From: Abditibacteriaceae bacterium
Lineage (GTDB): Bacteria; Armatimonadota; Abditibacteriia; Abditibacteriales; Abditibacteriaceae
DNA: 17,611 bases
Direction: 5' to 3'
Assembly (NCBI GenBank): GCA_031425655.1
Contig: JANPJS010000237.1
Span: 1-17,611 of the forward strand
Program-made: the position numbers and the translations under genes
Shown: positions 15,797-17,611 of the stretch, in pieces
Layout of the letters: every line of letters begins with the position of its first letter
Numbering within the stretch: position 1 is the first letter of the stretch
Notes under the pieces: generated by a model
Database searches by the model: none
The model's input: only the letters and a program-made list of their open reading frames with translations
Told to the model about the DNA's origin: nothing

Positions 15797-17503
15797 TCAT
15801 TGCCCGCAAGTGTTGCCGATGCGTTCGGGATGGTTGTCGCCTTCAAGCACCAGATCAATCAAAAACGGGCCGGGATGCGCCAACATTTGCTCGATGGCGC
15901 CCTTGATTTCCCACGGCTTTTCGACGCGCAGCGCCATCACGCCCATTGAACGCGCCATGTCGGCGAAGTGAATCGGCGGATACGACAAATCGAAGCTGAG
16001 AGGAAAATCGTGCTTTTCCAAACCGCGCTCTTTCCAATAAGCGTCAATGTTGAGTTGCAGCAAGCGATACGAGCCGTTGTTGCACACCACCAATTTTGCG
16101 GGAGCGTTATGACGCGCCGCCGTCCACAATGCCTGAATCGTATACATCGAACCGCCGTCGCCGGTAAAACCAACAACGGTGCGGCCCGGATTGGCGATTT
16201 GCACCCCGACCGCGCCGGGAATGCCCACGCCCAACGAGCCGCCGCGCGTCAGAAAATAGTCGCCGGTTTTTTGCGGCGCAAAGTAGCGCGAAACCGGCGG
16301 AGAATTGGTCAGCGCCTCATCGAAAATAATGGCGTCGTCCGGCAGATGCGCCATCAGTTCTTCCATGAAACGCGCCATGTGCAGAGTCTGCGAGTCGCGG
16401 TTTTGCGCGTCATCGTCGGCCAATTTCGCGTTTTGTTCATCGTGCGCCGATTTCGCGCCCTCAAAGCGCGCCTGTGCTGCTGCGCGAAAATCGTCGGATA
16501 AAACTTCTTCGAGAATCTCCGCCAAACGCGCCAGCGACAGCTTCGGGTCGCCAAGCATTCCCAAATCAACAGGATGGTTTTTGGCGATTTCGTAAAGATT
16601 CAGGTCAATGTGAATCGTTTGGGCATCCGGCGCGAAAATGTCGCCGAGTTCGGGGAACACTTCGGGCAAAACGTAAGTGCCGCAGATCAGATTCACGTCG
16701 CCTTTTTGCATGATCGGCAGGCTGTGATAGCCAAACATATGGCCGGTCATGCCCTGATAAAGCGGGTGCCGATACGACATATTGACTTCGCCGGCATCGG
16801 CTTCCCACACTTCGGCGCCGAGCAATTCAGCGACGCGCGTGAGTTCGTCCTGCGCGCCGGAATATGCAACGCCGTCACCGATAAAAATCATCGGCTGTTT
16901 GGCGGAGGCCAGTATTTCGGCGGCTTCACGCAACAGCGAATCTTGCGGCAAAACGCGCGTGGACGGAATCGAAGTCGGGCGCACCGGCTCGACTGAAGGC
17001 GCATCGAGAATGTCTTGCGGAACGCAAACGTAAACCGGCCCCATCGGCGCCGTGCCCGCGATTTTGATGGCGCGGCGGATGATTCGCAAAAGCGACGACG
17101 GCTCCTGCACCATCGTGCTCCACTTGGTCACCGGCTCCATGATCGCCACTAAATCGGCGGCCATTTGCGCGTCCATCGCCTGATATTTGATGCCGGAGTC
17201 GCCGCCAATAACCACAAGCGGCGCGTGACCGCGTTTGGCCTGATACATCGCGCCCACGCCGTTGCCGATTCCGGGCGACGAATGCAACTGCACCAACGTC
17301 GGCTTTTTGGTGGCGCGAGCGTAGCCGTCGGCAGTCAAAACGGCCACGCTTTCCTGCAACGTCAAAATGTATTTGAGCTGCGGATAAAGTGCGAGCGCGT
17401 CTAAAAAGCCTTGCTCGACCGTGCCGGGATTACCAAACATATGGTCCATCCCGTCGGCGAGAAATTGTTCGAGAATGGCCTGATGGCCAGTTTTTGCGGC
17501 CAT
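15797..17503 (-). CDS. Thiamine diphosphate-dependent enzyme (benzoylformate decarboxylase/acetolactate synthase superfamily) (568 aa)
   Basis: MFGNPGTVE, LQESVAVLTADGYARA (catalytic Glu), GPVYVCVPQD, GGSLGVGIPGAVG, ThDP motif GDGG..CNN. Confidence 0.95.
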   Translation of the reverse strand: MAAKTGHQAILEQFLADGMDHMFGNPGTVEQGFLDALALYPQLKYILTLQESVAVLTADGYARATKKPTLVQLHSSPGIGNGVGAMYQAKRGHAPLVVIGGDSGIKYQAMDAQMAADLVAIMEPVTKWSTMVQEPSSLLRIIRRAIKIAGTAPMGPVYVCVPQDILDAPSVEPVRPTSIPSTRVLPQDSLLREAAEILASAKQPMIFIGDGVAYSGAQDELTRVAELLGAEVWEADAGEVNMSYRHPLYQGMTGHMFGYHSLPIMQKGDVNLICGTYVLPEVFPELGDIFAPDAQTIHIDLNLYEIAKNHPVDLGMLGDPKLSLARLAEILEEVLSDDFRAAAQARFEGAKSAHDEQNAKLADDDAQNRDSQTLHMARFMEELMAHLPDDAIIFDEALTNSPPVSRYFAPQKTGDYFLTRGGSLGVGIPGAVGVQIANPGRTVVGFTGDGGSMYTIQALWTAARHNAPAKLVVCNNGSYRLLQLNIDAYWKERGLEKHDFPLSFDLSYPPIHFADMARSMGVMALRVEKPWEIKGAIEQMLAHPGPFLIDLVLEGDNHPERIGNTCGQ

Positions 17504-17611
17504 AATGAATTAAGTTTGGAATGCGAAGTGGGGAATTCGGGATTTTTAAAAACGCCTATCCCACACCAAAATAAGCAATTTGTTTTAAAACCCTAAAGCC
17601 AGAGGCCTTTT

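Noticed and set aside
10649..17503. Specific symbols betA (GMC) and mdlC/ilvB (ThDP enzyme)
   Set aside because: Only family-level motifs; no betB/betI, mandelate or ilvN context.
17504..17611. AT-rich upstream region with weak GTGGG..TTTTTAAAAA..CCCAC dyad as promoter/operator
   Set aside because: Likely regulatory, but no correctly spaced -35/-10 pair and the dyad is poor.

Overview
Bacterial window (diderm, roughly 55-60% GC by eye) in which every credible gene lies on the minus strand. In transcription order (right to left) there are two modules. (1) 17503->5358 is a tightly packed 11-gene cluster with no PKS/NRPS: ThDP-dependent enzyme, two NTF2/SnoaL-like proteins, outer-membrane beta-barrel, aldo/keto reductase, SnoaL ester cyclase, GMC oxidoreductase, DJ-1/PfpI, VOC protein, GlgX isoamylase and an enlarged AGE-family epimerase. 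It looks like an uncharacterised alpha-glucan/sugar-derived small-molecule or reactive-carbonyl pathway. (2) 5274->403 is a membrane/signalling module: DUF4239 (bestrophin-like) membrane protein, stand-alone RyR (ryanodine-receptor repeat) protein, TIR protein with two 56-aa C-terminal repeats, c-type-heme (CxxCH) DUF3365+HAMP sensor lacking an output domain, and a GYG K+ channel with two RCK/TrkA-N domains and a tandem RyR-repeat tail. Module 2 is the best candidate for an undescribed system (sensor -> TIR nucleotide signal -> RyR/RCK-gated channel). A lower-GC segment with a hypothetical ORF and the start of another gene occupies 1-~400. Several intergenic hairpins/short repeats are present. 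I saw no rRNA, tRNA, CRISPR array or transposase. Family calls come from motif recognition only; no searches were run.
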